The notes beneath the pieces are model-generated. The model saw only the letters and a list, made by a program, of their open reading frames with translations, was not told where the DNA came from and did no database searches. From NCBI GenBank assembly GCA_963713605.1, contig CAVQMO010000010.1:896001-960000 (forward strand): a stretch of 64,000 nucleotides of DNA, read 5' to 3'. The translations under genes and the position numbers were made by a program. Shown here one piece after another: positions 1 through 12,612 of the stretch (position 1 is its first letter; each line of letters starts with the position of its first letter). Origin of the DNA: an uncultured Nitrososphaerales archaeon. GTDB lineage: Archaea > Thermoproteota > Nitrososphaeria > Nitrososphaerales > Nitrososphaeraceae.

Positions 1-360
1 ATAGAGCTTAAACATGCCCGCCATATGCAAGAAGAGTTCTAGGCTCTCAACCAACTTCATGAGCTGGCTTTTGTCTACAGCGAAATCAAAACCTTTCTGC
101 CATCATTTCTGAAGTTGTTCCATTGTTTGAAATCGCGCCGTATGTTGGATGAAAAACATATTTTTAAGTTCCTCAAATACGGAAATTATGATTTATCTGA
201 TTTATCGAATAGAGTTCTATATCTCAGTAATGAGATAACAAATCTAGAGGGCCAAAAGAGAAATTCGATGAATAACGTAATTCTATGGAATGCTCAATTA
301 TCAGATCTTGGTAAAGCTTTAGATCACAAAAACCAACAACTACAGCAGATGGGTAAATAG
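1..360 (+). CDS. Hypothetical protein, 5'-partial (coiled-coil C-terminus)
   Basis: ORF 115..360; the reading frame continues upstream towards the window edge. Confidence 0.45.
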
Positions 361-441
361 ATATCATAGGATTGACGCTGGTCCTAATACCTTTAATACA
401 TTAGTTCATATTACCATAATGTAGATCAACTACGACTTTTA

Positions 442-678
442 ATGAGTTACTGACAGAACACGGGAGGTTCCTCAAAACCTGTAGAAACAGGCAAAGAGTA
501 CACGGTAGACATCACTGACACCGGTAAATCGGGTGATGGTATTGCGAAAATACAAGGCTTTATAATATTTGTAAAAGGCGCAAAGGCGGGGGACAAAAAC
601 GTAAAGATTAAGATTAATTCAGTGGGTAGTAGATTTGCTACTGCAGAAATAGTAGCAGGTTCGACAGATATGATTTAG
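442..678 (+). pseudogene. TRAM-domain (archaeal cold-shock/RNA chaperone) protein with in-frame TGA at codon 4
   Basis: Manual translation MSY*QNTGGSSKPVETGKEYTVDITDTGKSGDGIAKIQGFIIFVKGAKAGDKNVKIKINSVGSRFATAEIV; missed by the ORF track. Confidence 0.85.
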
Positions 679-865
679 GTTTTATTTATATAGCTAAACG
701 AAGCTACCTAACATTACCCCCTAACGTATAATTATATCACTAATTTCTCCTATTGAGTAATAGGTTATTTCAGGTTTAGTATATTCGATTGTTACTAACT
801 GGACTCGAGTTACTCTGATACCGAACAACTCGGTCACTGACTACTGTTTAATAACAGGGAAAGTA

Positions 866-1090
866 TTATGAATCTGACCACTCGAACTGTTGTTTTACAC
901 GTGAGATGCAAAGATTAGTGGGTCGTATAATGTCACTATTATAAGATAGCTTCAATATCTCAGACATGCATGGTAAAGATTTATGACCGAACGCTTCTAA
1001 TTCATTTAATAATGAACTGATTTCATCGGGATTAAGACTCGTTAATATTTTATGTTGTAAAACCTTCATTTGTTCCTGTTCGTTTAACAT
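866..1090 (-). CDS. Small hypothetical protein
   Basis: 74-aa ORF with helical composition. Confidence 0.45.
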   Translation of the reverse strand: MLNEQEQMKVLQHKILTSLNPDEISSLLNELEAFGHKSLPCMSEILKLSYNSDIIRPTNLCISRVKQQFEWSDS

Positions 1091-1150
1091 TTGACATCAA
1101 TCAATAAGTCAGTCAGACTTAATATCATATAATTATTCTTTGTAATTTTA

Positions 1151-1519
1151 CTATCCAGGTCTCACTAAGGCATTAACAGATTCCTGTCTAGACACAACTC
1201 TATTACTCTTATAGAATTCAATCTCCATCCCTCTTGTTAGGCTATATTCTATTCTAAATGATTCGTCAGTCGCAATAGGCATCAGTTCGGTGTTATGTGA
1301 ATTACAAACATGACAATCGAGAACATGCGATGATGATCCAGATAGAGACTCTAAATCATCAATGCCGAAATAAGACGCACACCAGTAACAGGAATTACAA
1401 ATCACAAAATAGATTTTATCGATAGGCTGCAATATTTTATTGTTTTCTATGGTAATAGGAGAGAGCTTGATTTTTTTCAGTGGCAAGTCGTACACCATGC
1501 TAAGTCTAGTCTTTTTCAT
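1151..1519 (-). CDS. Cys-rich (CxxCxWC...CxxC) putative Zn-binding protein
   Basis: IYFVICNSCYWCASY...CHVC; close paralog at 30832..31182. Confidence 0.75.
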   Translation of the reverse strand: MKKTRLSMVYDLPLKKIKLSPITIENNKILQPIDKIYFVICNSCYWCASYFGIDDLESLSGSSSHVLDCHVCNSHNTELMPIATDESFRIEYSLTRGMEIEFYKSNRVVSRQESVNALVRPG

Positions 1520-1762
1520 TACATCTCAAATAGTATCATCTCACCTTGAGCATATATACATTGTCATATCAACTTTTCTGAGCCAAATCAGAGAGAAGCT
1601 ATAAATTCTTGAGGAAATGATCATATTATTATAAATTCTGTGCTATAAATATTTTTCATAATGATATTTGATCAATACGGTAGTAGGTCGGGGTAATTCG
1701 TTCTATTCATTCCCGACTCGGATGAGTTCTGTTTAGTCTGGTCATCTTAGCTTTCTCCAGAA

Positions 1763-2182
1763 GTGGAAAGTGCAGTAGTTAGAAGATATTTATTGATCTC
1801 TGCATTGGGTATGTTATTATTCTTCACAATAAATCAATATCCGCCGCTTCAAGAGAGCTTGATCCCGCCATTTGGTGTCGTCTCAAAATCGTTCGAGGGA
1901 TTGTCATGTTATATGATTTTCATCGGGATATATACCACTGTAATATATCTTTCACGCAGGAATACCCCCACAAACATAGTATTGAATTGTCAAGCGACAG
2001 GCTCTTTGGTTCTTTTGTCAGATCAGAACAAGAAATCCAAATTAAAGAAATTATCAGACAAAATATGGACCATATCAACCCTTTGAGGAGGTTAAGACAG
2101 AAGATTTGTCAAAAGAAGAAATTAGTGAACTTGTGAATATAGTAAAAAAAGAAATATCGCAACGTAAAAACTCCGATGGCTG
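1763..2182 (+). pseudogene. Fragment of a membrane protein (frameshifted C-terminal part)
   Basis: Hydrophobic ORF 1763..2086 continues in overlapping frame 1906..2136. Confidence 0.5.
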
Positions 2183-2914
2183 AAAACTATAATCTTTTTC
2201 AAACAATCATCGCATTATGGAACATCAAATGGATAGAGACCTAGAAGGGCTATAGGTCGACCGCAGGCATTTGAAGAGAGTTCCGCTGAGCACTTAAATA
2301 TAATGGCGACCTCAGCGTCACTACGAACTCTTTAATTAGTGGGTTTGATTAAGATGGCATCTTTTTCTGAGAGTTAATTTTATATCCGGGCCAACACCGA
2401 GATTTCCAACTTTATCATACTTACAATATATTTTTCTGGCCTGTTGGGCGTTAATAGAAAACACGAGTGATCGTTGTTTCCAGAAATATACGTATTGAAC
2501 CCACTTTAAGATCCAAGATACTGAGAATGAGATTAATGCTCAAATAATAGACTGTAATTAAGATGGTCACAAACTTAACAAAACAGATTTAATAATACAC
2601 TCTATCGTGATTTCAGTACGACCATGACTATCTCTTTTAGAGTATTAATCTGGCCAAGCATGGTATTTTTGTCCCCGGTTCTGCAGGGCTTGTGATATAT
2701 TCAAAGCATCGCTTTCCCAAAACTCTCCGTCTCATCAGCTCATCTACTAATTCTTCGTTAGCTAGACACATTTTAGCAAAAAGTTAACTTACTGCTCTTC
2801 AGATGCAATATACGTTAACTTATTTTACTACTAATATAAACTAATTTACCCGACACGGTTAAATCATCAAATATTGACCAACAATGATTTAATACGGAAA
2901 GAAATTCTTTTAGT

Positions 2915-3295
2915 CATCGACCCACTGCTGTTACAATAATAGCAATTCTGGTTATTATCACCGGGATAACTGCTATCGCTGGCGGACTTGTTCTTTTGGG
3001 CACTGCGGCGGTTGTTCCTGAATTAAGTATAGTATTTCTTTCGATAGGCAGTGTTCTAATAGCAATAGGGATCGGATATCTGGCTGTCAGTTATGGCTTG
3101 CTTAAGGGTAGAGGATGGGCCTGGTCAATTGCATTAATCTTATCTTACATAGGAATTGTAATTGCTATTATCTCAATTTTGAGCGGAAACCTCATATCGG
3201 TAATAAACCTGGCAATTAATATAGCAATTGTGTACTTTTTGTATAGGCCTCAAGTTAAAGCATTTTTCGGAAAATCGCCTAGTGCAAAAATCTAG
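2915..3295 (+). CDS. Small multi-pass membrane protein (start uncertain)
   Basis: RPTAVTIIAILVII...GLLKGRGWAW...YLYRPQVKAFF-like motifs, several TM helices. Confidence 0.65.
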   Translation, partial: HRPTAVTIIAILVIITGITAIAGGLVLLGTAAVVPELSIVFLSIGSVLIAIGIGYLAVSYGLLKGRGWAWSIALILSYIGIVIAIISILSGNLISVINLAINIAIVYFLYRPQVKAFFGKSPSAKI

Positions 3296-4106
3296 TGTTA
3301 TCATGTAAGCCAATTTTCACTGGCTCACTACGAGCTGTTCACGATTTTTTATTGTGATATTATATTTCTTGGAATACTCAATACTCAATAATATTGACTC
3401 TTCATAAACAGTTTATAGAGCGCACAGAAGCAACATTGACTCTTCATAAACATGGACGTTTTACCGAAATGATAATACTCTACTATAGAACAAATAATGA
3501 CACTTAAATTAGCAATACAATATACCGTAGTCAGTACATCATTGCAATAATTGCACACGTCTAGACATTTAGATCTCATTCTGCATTGTACTTACGACCG
3601 CACTTGTAGCAGTGCCAGTATGTTTTATCATCTTCCATATGCCAGATACGCTCCATCTTCTTGTTACCACACCGATAGCTCTAGGCTGAAAGAGCAGAGA
3701 GCACTTACAGCAGAAGAGTATGAACGTATCAAAAAAGATCTCCTTGGAGGAAAAATATAATGCACTTGCTCTTCTATGCTTTTGGTTTAGATATTGTCAT
3801 TCTGGTTGTTTGTAACTCCTAATTATAGTCTGATAACACCTTACACAGTACCGAGCTACCTTTATAATAAAAGATTGTAGGGTGTACATTTTCACATTCT
3901 ACACATACTATTTCGAGTCACTAATTACCTATTACCATGTTATAGCTTCTGAAGTAGAAGAGTATTACTATTGTTAGTATGGTGAGTCACTTTTGTCTCG
4001 TCAAACCATTCTTTTGTCTTTTGTATTAATTGTTCTAAAGATGATTTTCTGTGAAAAGGTGTTTCAACGTCATAGATATTAGAGATATTGGCGTAGTAGT
4101 TGAGGT

Positions 4107-5073
4107 ATGATGGCAATTCGTATTCATAAATTCGGCGGTGGACCTCAGGACCTTGTATATGAAGAAAATGTAATTCAACCACACCCCAAAGAAGGAGAAA
4201 TTTTGGTTAAAGTCTATGCTACAGGCGTTACACGAAATGAAATAGATTGGATCTGGTATCATTCTGATATTTCTCTTCCTATAATCCTAGGCCATGAACT
4301 TTCAGGCATTATAGAAGAAGTTGGTCCTAAAGTAACCAATCAGAGGGTAGGTGAGGCTGTATATGGATTAACTGATACTTTGTCATTCACACGTGATGGT
4401 GCAGAAGCAGAGTATGTTGTCTCGATAGATTCAGAGATGGCACCAAAACCACAGTCTCTTGATCATGAATATGCAGCGGCTGTTCCAATGGCTGGGCTTA
4501 CAGCATGGCAGGCACTTTTCGACCATGCGCATTTGTCATCAAAGGATACGATACTCATTCATGGAGCAGGCTGGAGGCGTGGGTAGCTTTGCAGTACAAC
4601 TTGCTCGATGGACTGGAGCACATATCATTGGAACAGCTTCAGCACACAATTCCAGTTTTTTAAAAGATCTAGGGGTAAATGATGTGATTGACTACAAGAA
4701 AATAAGCTTTGAGGATAGAGTAAATGACGTAGATGTAATATTTGATACTGTAGGTGGAAAGACGCTTGAAAGATCTTGGCAAGTACTTAGAAAAGGAGGT
4801 AAGCTCGTGTCCGTGGCTAGTCAAGATCTTCCCACAACTTTTGATAAACTTGAGACATATTTCAAAGAAAAAGGAAATTCATATAGTATTGAGGCAACGT
4901 GGTTTATTGTTCATCCCAGCAGGGACCAACTTATCCGAATTGGAGATCTAATTGATTCTGGGCGGGTAAAACCTGTTGTTGATACAATACTTCCTCTTTC
5001 TCAAGCAAGTCAAGCGTATGGAGGTGCAAAAGATATTCATAAACATGGCAAGATAGTCTTACGTGTGAGATAA
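4107..5073 (+). pseudogene. NADP-dependent quinone oxidoreductase (MDR family), frameshift near 4570
   Basis: ILGHELSG, AAAVPMAGLTAWQAL; the HGA(A)GGVG Rossmann motif is split across two frames. Confidence 0.9.
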
Positions 5074-5369
5074 GGTGAGTTGCAATCAGAGTTGCAATCA
5101 GAAATTAACATTTGGTGGGTATTATGCTAGATCAAATCATGTCTTACAATATGCCACTGCTTGTGTATGAACCAACGAATAACCTTAGCCGCTACCTAGA
5201 AGAACAAAAAAGTTGTCAAGTATGTCATATCTGTCTAAGATGGGAAGGCACATCATCACTGATCCTTGAATGTCTCTCTAATGCATAAAAAGGTTAGAAC
5301 ATTAGTATTCAAGAACACTATCTTCAAGTATTATATAACAACACATCTACAGTCTCAGCGAGTATCCGC

Positions 5370-5460
5370 GAGTTGCTCACTCTTCGAAATTGGCTCAAAG
5401 CTATCGATTGATCGGGAACACTATGAAGAGTAAAGTTCGGTGCAGGAATTCCAGGATGGA
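5370..5460 (-). pseudogene. Redoxin/AhpC-family N-terminal fragment
   Basis: Manual translation PGIPAPNFTLHSVPDQSIALSQFR. Confidence 0.45.
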
Positions 5461-5981
5461 CTACAAAGATTACGCATAATCCTCAAAGGAATCCATGCGC
5501 TGCCTTCTCCATTGCAGCCTTTCCACTTCTGTGCTCAACCTTTCAACTTACTCGTATTAGGAGGGTGACTTGTATTTTTCAATATCTGAAGGCGTAGCAT
5601 GGACCAGTCCATCATCTCTTGACCCTCTTGCTAGTGTACATATGGCAGCCTAAATGTCCAGATTGGAGTGACATATCTTACCTGTAGCATTATCTATGGT
5701 ATTACATGAAGGTTTATCAAATTTAACTTTTCTACACACAATTTTTCGCCACTCTCTCCCAGAATCCTTGTATATTTACAATATAAGTGTCAGGACCGGA
5801 TGAGCCGAACCAATGAATATTCCCTTTATCCAACCGCTGTCAGGTTTGCTACTGTCTGAAGGTGTCTATCTTTCAGTAGCTTTTTCTTATATTCTTACAG
5901 CTTAGTAGAGAAGGTAGGTAACGAGTAATCGAAACTCCTATATTTTATTGAACGAAAGTCCCAAAGGCCATTGCAATGCAT

Positions 5982-6380
5982 TCAGACATTGATTCGGGAG
6001 CCGATAACATCAACAACTGCCTGTGCAATTTTATCATGGTGATCTCGACGAGCTTTCTTGCATTGCTCAATTTGTATACCCTTTATTCCTAGGCGGTTTA
6101 CGATATTGCATGGGTCATCACCATTAAACCCTCCAGGACGAGCGGTATCCTCGACGCACCTTGTACCCTGTAACTTTTGCTTTTTCATTTCGTAAAGTGC
6201 CTCTGCAACGTGATGGCCTGAATCCACTATTATTGACGGTCCATTAGAATCGATACAGTTGTTCAAAGTAGCCTTGGCAACAGAAAATACTTGGAATGTT
6301 GAATTCTTGATGTTTTCTTCGCCATAAATAACCTCTGTCTTCTCTTCTACATATGGCAGTGACGAAGAAGAGAATTCCAT
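5982..6380 (-). pseudogene. Chimeric ORF: sensor-kinase-type N-terminal fragment joined to a DUF867/poly-gamma-glutamate-hydrolase-like C-terminal fragment
   Basis: EKTEVIYGEENI...CIDSNGPSIIV then NGDDPCNIVNRLGIKGIQIEQCKKAR. Confidence 0.55.
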
Positions 6381-7519
6381 GAAAGTCTTATCTGAAAACG
6401 GAACTGCAGATTTCTATTTAAAGCTGATGATAGGTCTTGAACTTCAATCAATGCAAGGTTTTTTCTACTCGTCATGAGTGACGTTGGTTATTTCACACGC
6501 GTGAAAGTGATTTCAATTGATAAATAGTGAAACTGCCGATATGATACCATATGTCCTCATTAAAAGAGGAAAGAAATAAGAGTATAACCACCAAAATATC
6601 TATCATTAATCGATTGTATTCTGATTCACTCAATAGGTAGTGTGACAATCAGATGTATGGCCAAGAATAGTAGAGTAGTTTAAAGATTCTACACTGTCAA
6701 CAGTTACATTTTTGTTATGAGAGATATATCATGTTATGGGTTCGGCAAGGTTTGATACAGAAGTGACTCTGTTACTTTCTAACTAGTAATGTTAACTTCA
6801 AGATATTTGATGATCTAAACCAGAATCTTCAGGATTAAAGACCTTTATTACTAAGGAAATGGCAGGAATTAAATCTAATATCCGCCTACTGCGTCTTGAG
6901 ATTTATCCTTCAGTTTGTCCAAGAATCCATTGAAATCTTTCTTAAATTCATCGCTAAACCCTTGTTCCTCCACGGCTCTATGATATTGTTCTAAATTAGA
7001 TGAAACATGAGAGAATCCGTCGGCCAGATAGTGTTTAATAAATAGACGACCGTCGACAGGTATAGAAAAAGTATCATCTTCAGAAAGGTTCGCAGCATCG
7101 TTGATGAGGGGCTCATCATCTATATGAGAGATATCTGGTTTACTGATAAAAAATGTTTTCTGTCTATAGAACCATTTTCTAGTCAGATCACGAAATCAGT
7201 TCATACTTTGTCCAATGGAAAATTTTTTGGAACAGTCGATAATAATGTATTTAATATCTTACCAATTACACCTGAGTATTGATCCACTACTGCATGACCA
7301 GAATCTTTGATCTGTACGGGCCAGAATTTTGCTTGTTCTGCAACAATGTTTTAGGATGTCTCAACAGTTCTGGCATTGAAGCCTAAAGTTGTAGTAAAAG
7401 ATTGTGTAATAACAGTCTATAACATTAATAAATATCCATTTGTAGATATAAACGTCGAACATGTTTTGCAATGAGGCTAGCAGGTCTCTGCGATAAGGAA
7501 TGGTTTTGGGGAGATTAAT

Positions 7520-7711
7520 ATGGTTGGCAAATGGGTTAAAGCTATTGCCGCAATCGTCATAGTATCGATATTAGTATTTATACTGTACTTTGCTTACGGC
7601 AGGAATCAATGCCAGGCGGCACAAGACCGTTACGAACGGTCAGTGGGCGAAAATGTCGCTGAAAATACACGCCTTTTGACTGAATATCAACAGGCTTGTC
7701 ATATAAAATGA
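7520..7711 (+). CDS. Small membrane-anchored protein
   Basis: N-terminal TM helix, GGAGA RBS-like sequence upstream. Confidence 0.6.
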   Translation: MVGKWVKAIAAIVIVSILVFILYFAYGRNQCQAAQDRYERSVGENVAENTRLLTEYQQACHIK

Positions 7712-8319
7712 TTTGCTGGATGTATTCAGGATGTCTATGTTGTTCTGGCATTGCCTACACTATTTTTTAGGCACTTAAATCTAGGGTAAGATAACGATGA
7801 AAATGAAGTTGTTGTCGTTGGCTTGTCTGTCTGTCGGATAAGCACGAGTATTGAATTCATAGTTTTGCCGGTGGTACTGGTTGTCAATGCAACTGTCACA
7901 TTAGAAGGTTACTAGTTAGGATAGAGAGGTTATGGCATTTTTCAAGCAGGTTGAAAATGACTTTGGTTATTATAATATCTATATCATACGGGTAGTGCCT
8001 GAAGATGGAAGGCCGTCATATTATGTACATATAGATATTGTAGAAAGGAAATAATACTACAGGGTTCTACAATACATCGAACCAGTCCCACAAGAATATT
8101 GATTAGTAACTATTCCTAACGTAATGCATTCATTAATGTTCAAATGGCTCAAAAAAAATTGGGATATTCCGGTGGTAATTATTGTAATGAGTGTATCCTT
8201 CGTCGTCCTTATTCTACATTTAAGTGGCTTACTGACTGTTTGGCTGACTGACTGACTGATATGGGTTTGACGACCTAAAATGGCAAAGTAGTGATAGATG
8301 AGTTACCCTATTTCAGCAG

Positions 8320-8520
8320 TCATTTCTGATAATCCAATAGTTTAGTCTGTCCCAGTATCTGTCCTCTTTTCAATCGTTTCTCTAGTTTGCATTTTGATCT
8401 ACGCATCTCACTCTCTTTTAATTCGTGGAGTGGCTCTACGCTCCTCCTCTCGTTCTTTCTGTACCACTGCAATGTCGTTCTGAATGTATCCGTTTTCATA
8501 AATGACCTAATCGATTGCAT
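8320..8520 (-). CDS. Basic hypothetical protein (possibly the frameshifted tail of 8560..9036)
   Basis: Lys/Arg-rich ORF co-oriented with neighbours. Confidence 0.35.
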   Translation of the reverse strand: MQSIRSFMKTDTFRTTLQWYRKNERRSVEPLHELKESEMRRSKCKLEKRLKRGQILGQTKLLDYQK

Positions 8521-8559
8521 CTTGCCGCTCTTCTTCAGTAATTTCCTCAGGATGTTCTC

Positions 8560-9036
8560 TTAAATGGTATATTCAGTCCAGAATCTATTTACCTCAGTCA
8601 GAAGGTTATAACCATAAGAGCCGTACTCCCCGACCTTGATATTAACCCATCTGAATTCTCTTATTCTGTCTGTTTTTTTATCCTTTAATGGAACAAGTGA
8701 AAGCCACCTAAATTCATCTCTCTTTTGTAATCGATTAACAGATCGTTTGATATGTTTTTCTTTTCTATTATGGAGATAATCCATCATCCCATAATACACC
8801 TTCTTGTCGTAATGTTCAACGAGATCATAATACATTTCCTTAAAGACCTGCATTGATGTAAGGCCCTGTTCTACTGTCGTCCTATGTCTCATCAAATACA
8901 TCAATCTCCGTTGACGGTTAATCTTTTTCTCTTTCCATCCCTCTTTCTGTTCCAGGATCCGAAACTTACGTCTTGCCAGTTCCATGTTCTGAAGTTTACG
9001 TCTTGTCCGTTCATCATACACCTTTGGGGGAATCAT
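8560..9036 (-). CDS. Basic hypothetical protein, virus/plasmid-like
   Basis: 158 aa, very K/R-rich, 4-bp overlap with upstream ORF. Confidence 0.55.
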   Translation of the reverse strand: MIPPKVYDERTRRKLQNMELARRKFRILEQKEGWKEKKINRQRRLMYLMRHRTTVEQGLTSMQVFKEMYYDLVEHYDKKVYYGMMDYLHNRKEKHIKRSVNRLQKRDEFRWLSLVPLKDKKTDRIREFRWVNIKVGEYGSYGYNLLTEVNRFWTEYTI

Positions 9037-9266
9037 TTCTTAGTCCCTTCTTGTGGATCAGATGGATGACGTTCGGCTATGGCTTCGAAGACACCTACAT
9101 ATGTTTTCATGAAAGCCAGTAAACGTTTTAGAAAAGCAACGTCTTCATATCCATATTCATTAATAATATCTACCAAGATCATAAACATGGCTCCTACTAT
9201 GTCCGCATTTGTCGAGTTTCGTATGGCATATCTAATGTCCTGATATGTTCCTCCTGAGCGAACCAA
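9033..9266 (-). CDS. Hypothetical protein
   Basis: ORF coupled to 8560..9036. Confidence 0.45.
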   Translation of the reverse strand: MVRSGGTYQDIRYAIRNSTNADIVGAMFMILVDIINEYGYEDVAFLKRLLAFMKTYVGVFEAIAERHPSDPQEGTKK

Positions 9267-9627
9267 CTCCTCATTAGGATAAGGGCCATAGGTCTCCCAG
9301 GTTGAGACATTTTCATTTTAACTCATCTGCCGTATCCTCATCTATGTCGGTCGCTTGCTTAATCTTCATTGGTCTAGGCTCTATATGACATTCTCTTCTA
9401 AGGACGTCACATGCCTTACTATTTCTTTTGTAATACTTAGGATACTAGAATCACTAGCGCACCTAAAAAAATGCTTGATGCGCACAAGATAATCATTCCA
9501 CGTGGTAATCCAGCGTTTGTCAGGATCGTGCGTTCTTGCACTTCATCAAATAATGACTGCTTCAGTCCCACCAAAACAATAATTACGTCAGTTGATTGTA
9601 CTATTAACACTAAAAGGAGGTCTTTGT

Positions 9628-10620
9628 TTGAAGACTAGAACGCTTGGAAAAAATGGACCACAGGTTTCCCAGATTGGACTGGGATGCATGGGAATGTCGG
9701 ATTTTTATGGTAGCAAAGAGACAAGAGATGACAAAGAAAGTTTAGCAACCATAAACTTAGCAGTGGAAGAAGGTATTAACTTCTTTGACACAGCCGACTA
9801 TTATGGTATGGGTCATAATGAGCTGCTATTAAGAGAAGCTATGAAGGGAAGACGAGACAAATTCTTCTTATCAGTCAAGTTCGGAGCATTACGTGGCTTA
9901 AATGGAGAATTTGCTGGCACTGACTTGCGACCTGTTGCTGTCAAGAACTTTCTTTCTTATTCTTTGCAGAGACTTGGTACTGACTATATCGACCTTTATC
10001 AGCCAGGACGTCTGGATCCACAATTTCCAATTGAGGATACAGTCGGTGCTATTGCAGATTTGATCAAAGAAGGCAAGGTACGCTACCTTGGACTATCTGA
10101 GGCAACTTCTGACCAGATTAGGAGAGCTCATGACGTTCATCCAGTATCTGCAGTTCAGATTGAATATTCACTTGCCAGCAGAGTAGTTGAATCCAAGATT
10201 CTGCCTACCACACGTGAGCTTGGTATAAGTCTGGTGGCTTATGGTGCGTTATCTCGTGGATTGCTTTCTGGTCAATCAACTACCACTACTACTTTTCAAC
10301 CAGGCGACTTTAGAAACCATCTTCCACGGTGGGCACCTGAAAATAGAGAACAGAATAGCCAGATAGTTAACGAGCTAAAGAAATTTGCTGAGAGCAAGGA
10401 TGTGACTGCGGCTCAACTGGCTCTAGCTCGGCTCTTGCATCAAGGAGAGGATATCATAACTTTAGTAGGAACATCCAAGAGATCGAGACTTCTTGAAAAC
10501 CTAAAATGCCAGAACATTCAACTTAATAATGAAGATCTGGCTTACCTTGACCGAACTTTTCAAGAAGGTGCTGTAGCCGGAGACCGTTATCCTGAGTTTA
10601 TCACAGATACCGTTAGATAG
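9628..10620 (+). CDS. Aldo/keto reductase
   Basis: [46 protein letters not shown] at 9612..9620 supports a TTG start at 9628. Confidence 0.95.
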   Translation: MKTRTLGKNGPQVSQIGLGCMGMSDFYGSKETRDDKESLATINLAVEEGINFFDTADYYGMGHNELLLREAMKGRRDKFFLSVKFGALRGLNGEFAGTDLRPVAVKNFLSYSLQRLGTDYIDLYQPGRLDPQFPIEDTVGAIADLIKEGKVRYLGLSEATSDQIRRAHDVHPVSAVQIEYSLASRVVESKILPTTRELGISLVAYGALSRGLLSGQSTTTTTFQPGDFRNHLPRWAPENREQNSQIVNELKKFAESKDVTAAQLALARLLHQGEDIITLVGTSKRSRLLENLKCQNIQLNNEDLAYLDRTFQEGAVAGDRYPEFITDTVR

Positions 10621-10733
10621 AAAAAATAGGAAGACAAATTGCCATAACTCACCTTCAAAGATTCTTCCATTTACTGCTATGAAGATTATGGTTATGAAAA
10701 TATCATGAGAAATGTTATCGTAACGGTACAACA

Positions 10734-11198
10734 ATGAAGACAGTATCTTTAGTGTGTGATGCAATTGATAAGAAGTTACTGGATACATCAGAGGATGTAT
10801 GGGATCAAACGATAGACACCAATCTAAAAGGTGCCTTTCTTTTTACAAAGGCTGTTCTTCCTTACATGATTCAAAGGAACTCTGGTTATACTAAATGTAA
10901 ACTCCGGGGCAGGCAAGGCTGGTTTCAGCAATTTATCATCTTATTGTGCAAGCAAGTTTGGACTTACGGGGTTGGCTGAAAGTTTAGCATTAGAAGTCGA
11001 GTCATATAATATAAGAGTAATGACATATTTCTGGGACAAGAGGCTACAAGAATGTGGCAAGACTATGATTACGATTATTACGAGAAAAATAAGAATAAGA
11101 TGCTTAGTCCTCAAAAAGTGGCAGCAAAAATTGTTGAAATGATCTTGGATGTTAAAAAATACAATAATGGAGACTCTGTAGAAATGTATAGCCCCTGA
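10734..11198 (+). pseudogene. SDR oxidoreductase C-terminal fragment, frameshifted
   Basis: WDQTIDTNLKGAFLFTKAVLP, then YCASKFGLTGLAESLALE in another frame. Confidence 0.8.
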
Positions 11199-11412
11199 GT
11201 ACTAGGAAATATATGATTTCAGAAACAATTTGAGCCTTGTTATATATCTTAGTAGCTCATATAGCATATAATTCAGATATTTTCTGCAGGTATAATTTAG
11301 ACTCATTTCGATAGCAGTTTGATAAAGAAAATTACAAGAAATAGCAAACTGATATCACACAATCACATCATCAGTTATTATACACTTCATACATATTCCT
11401 TAGCGTAGAAAT

Positions 11413-11842
11413 ATGAACATGTTAAATGAATCTAAAGTTGCCACCCGACTCCCGGCCCAGGATCTTGAGCGAGCTCGTAGGTTTTATGCTGAAAAACTAG
11501 GACTTGAGCCAGTTGAAGAACGCCCTGGTGGCCTGAAGTATCAGTGTAGGAATGGGTACTTTGTGTTGTTTGAATCTAGAGGCGCTCGCCTCTGGTGAAC
11601 ACACGCAGATGGCATGGGAGGTTGATGATATTGAGACAGTGGTAGCGGAACTGCGAAAGAGCGGAGTCGTGTTTGAAAAGTATGATTTACCCGGGCTCAA
11701 AACGGTCAACGGAATAGCTGATGTTTCAGGCAATTACCCATCTTCGGGAGGCATAGGCGAACGCGGTTCTTGGTTTCGTGACAGCGAAGGAAACTTACTT
11801 GCAGTCGGCCAGCCGATGCTACGACACGAGAGACAAAGCTAA
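11413..11842 (+). pseudogene. VOC/glyoxalase family protein, frameshift near 11580
   Basis: LPAQDLERARRFYAEKLGL + WEVDDIE...SWFRDSEGNLL. Confidence 0.85.
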
Positions 11843-12612
11843 TCCAAAGTTCAACTCATTCATTATGGTTTTAAGAGAGTTGGCATGGTTAGGGGTTTGA
11901 CTCCAATTCATTCAAAACAGAAATACTTTATGTAAAGTCTTTCGATAGTTCGGTAGCAAACCTATGTATTCAAGGGAGAAACTTGAAACTTGCACTTAGG
12001 AAGTTATGATGCCGAAACTCTATGAGAGAAACTGCCAAGCTCAGAGGGTTGATAACAAAGAGAGGAACACTTGAAATCTCACATAATTTGACGATAAGGA
12101 AGGCAATAGAAGTATGTGATGACATAAACCGCAATAGATAAAACACAACTATCCGAAGTAGTAGTCGCAAATAATGCGAGCCCGTTAGGTCGTAATTTTA
12201 TAAGTTCCTTACCGATATCACTTGCTCTTTAGTTAAAAGTACTCTCGAACTAGTAACAAAAAAGGTATTTAGACTTTCTTGCTCAAAATATCACTGCTGT
12301 AAATGGAACGACCGTACAACTAAATCCTCAATATAATACGAATAATGATGCTCTCATAAGCATTAATGAGGAACTCAAACCTAGGGCCAATTGCTATCGC
12401 AGGGTTACATTAATCAGTTATCAGCAATTCTTAATCATGATCAAGAACTGTCAGACAAGATTGAAGACACTCTAGCGGAATTGCTAAAATTTCCGTTAAT
12501 GGAAGCACTTATAGATTTTTGCCCAAATCACAAATTACAAGTTGGCAATTAGTTATAGAGAGGACGAGCTTAATTTAAAACTTAATAGTATCAAACATTT
12601 CAATTTATCAGC

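Noticed and set aside
3393..3452. 18-bp direct repeat ATTGACTCTTCATAAACA with a 24-bp gap as a mini-CRISPR
   Set aside because: Only two short copies, no leader or cas genes; likely a local duplication
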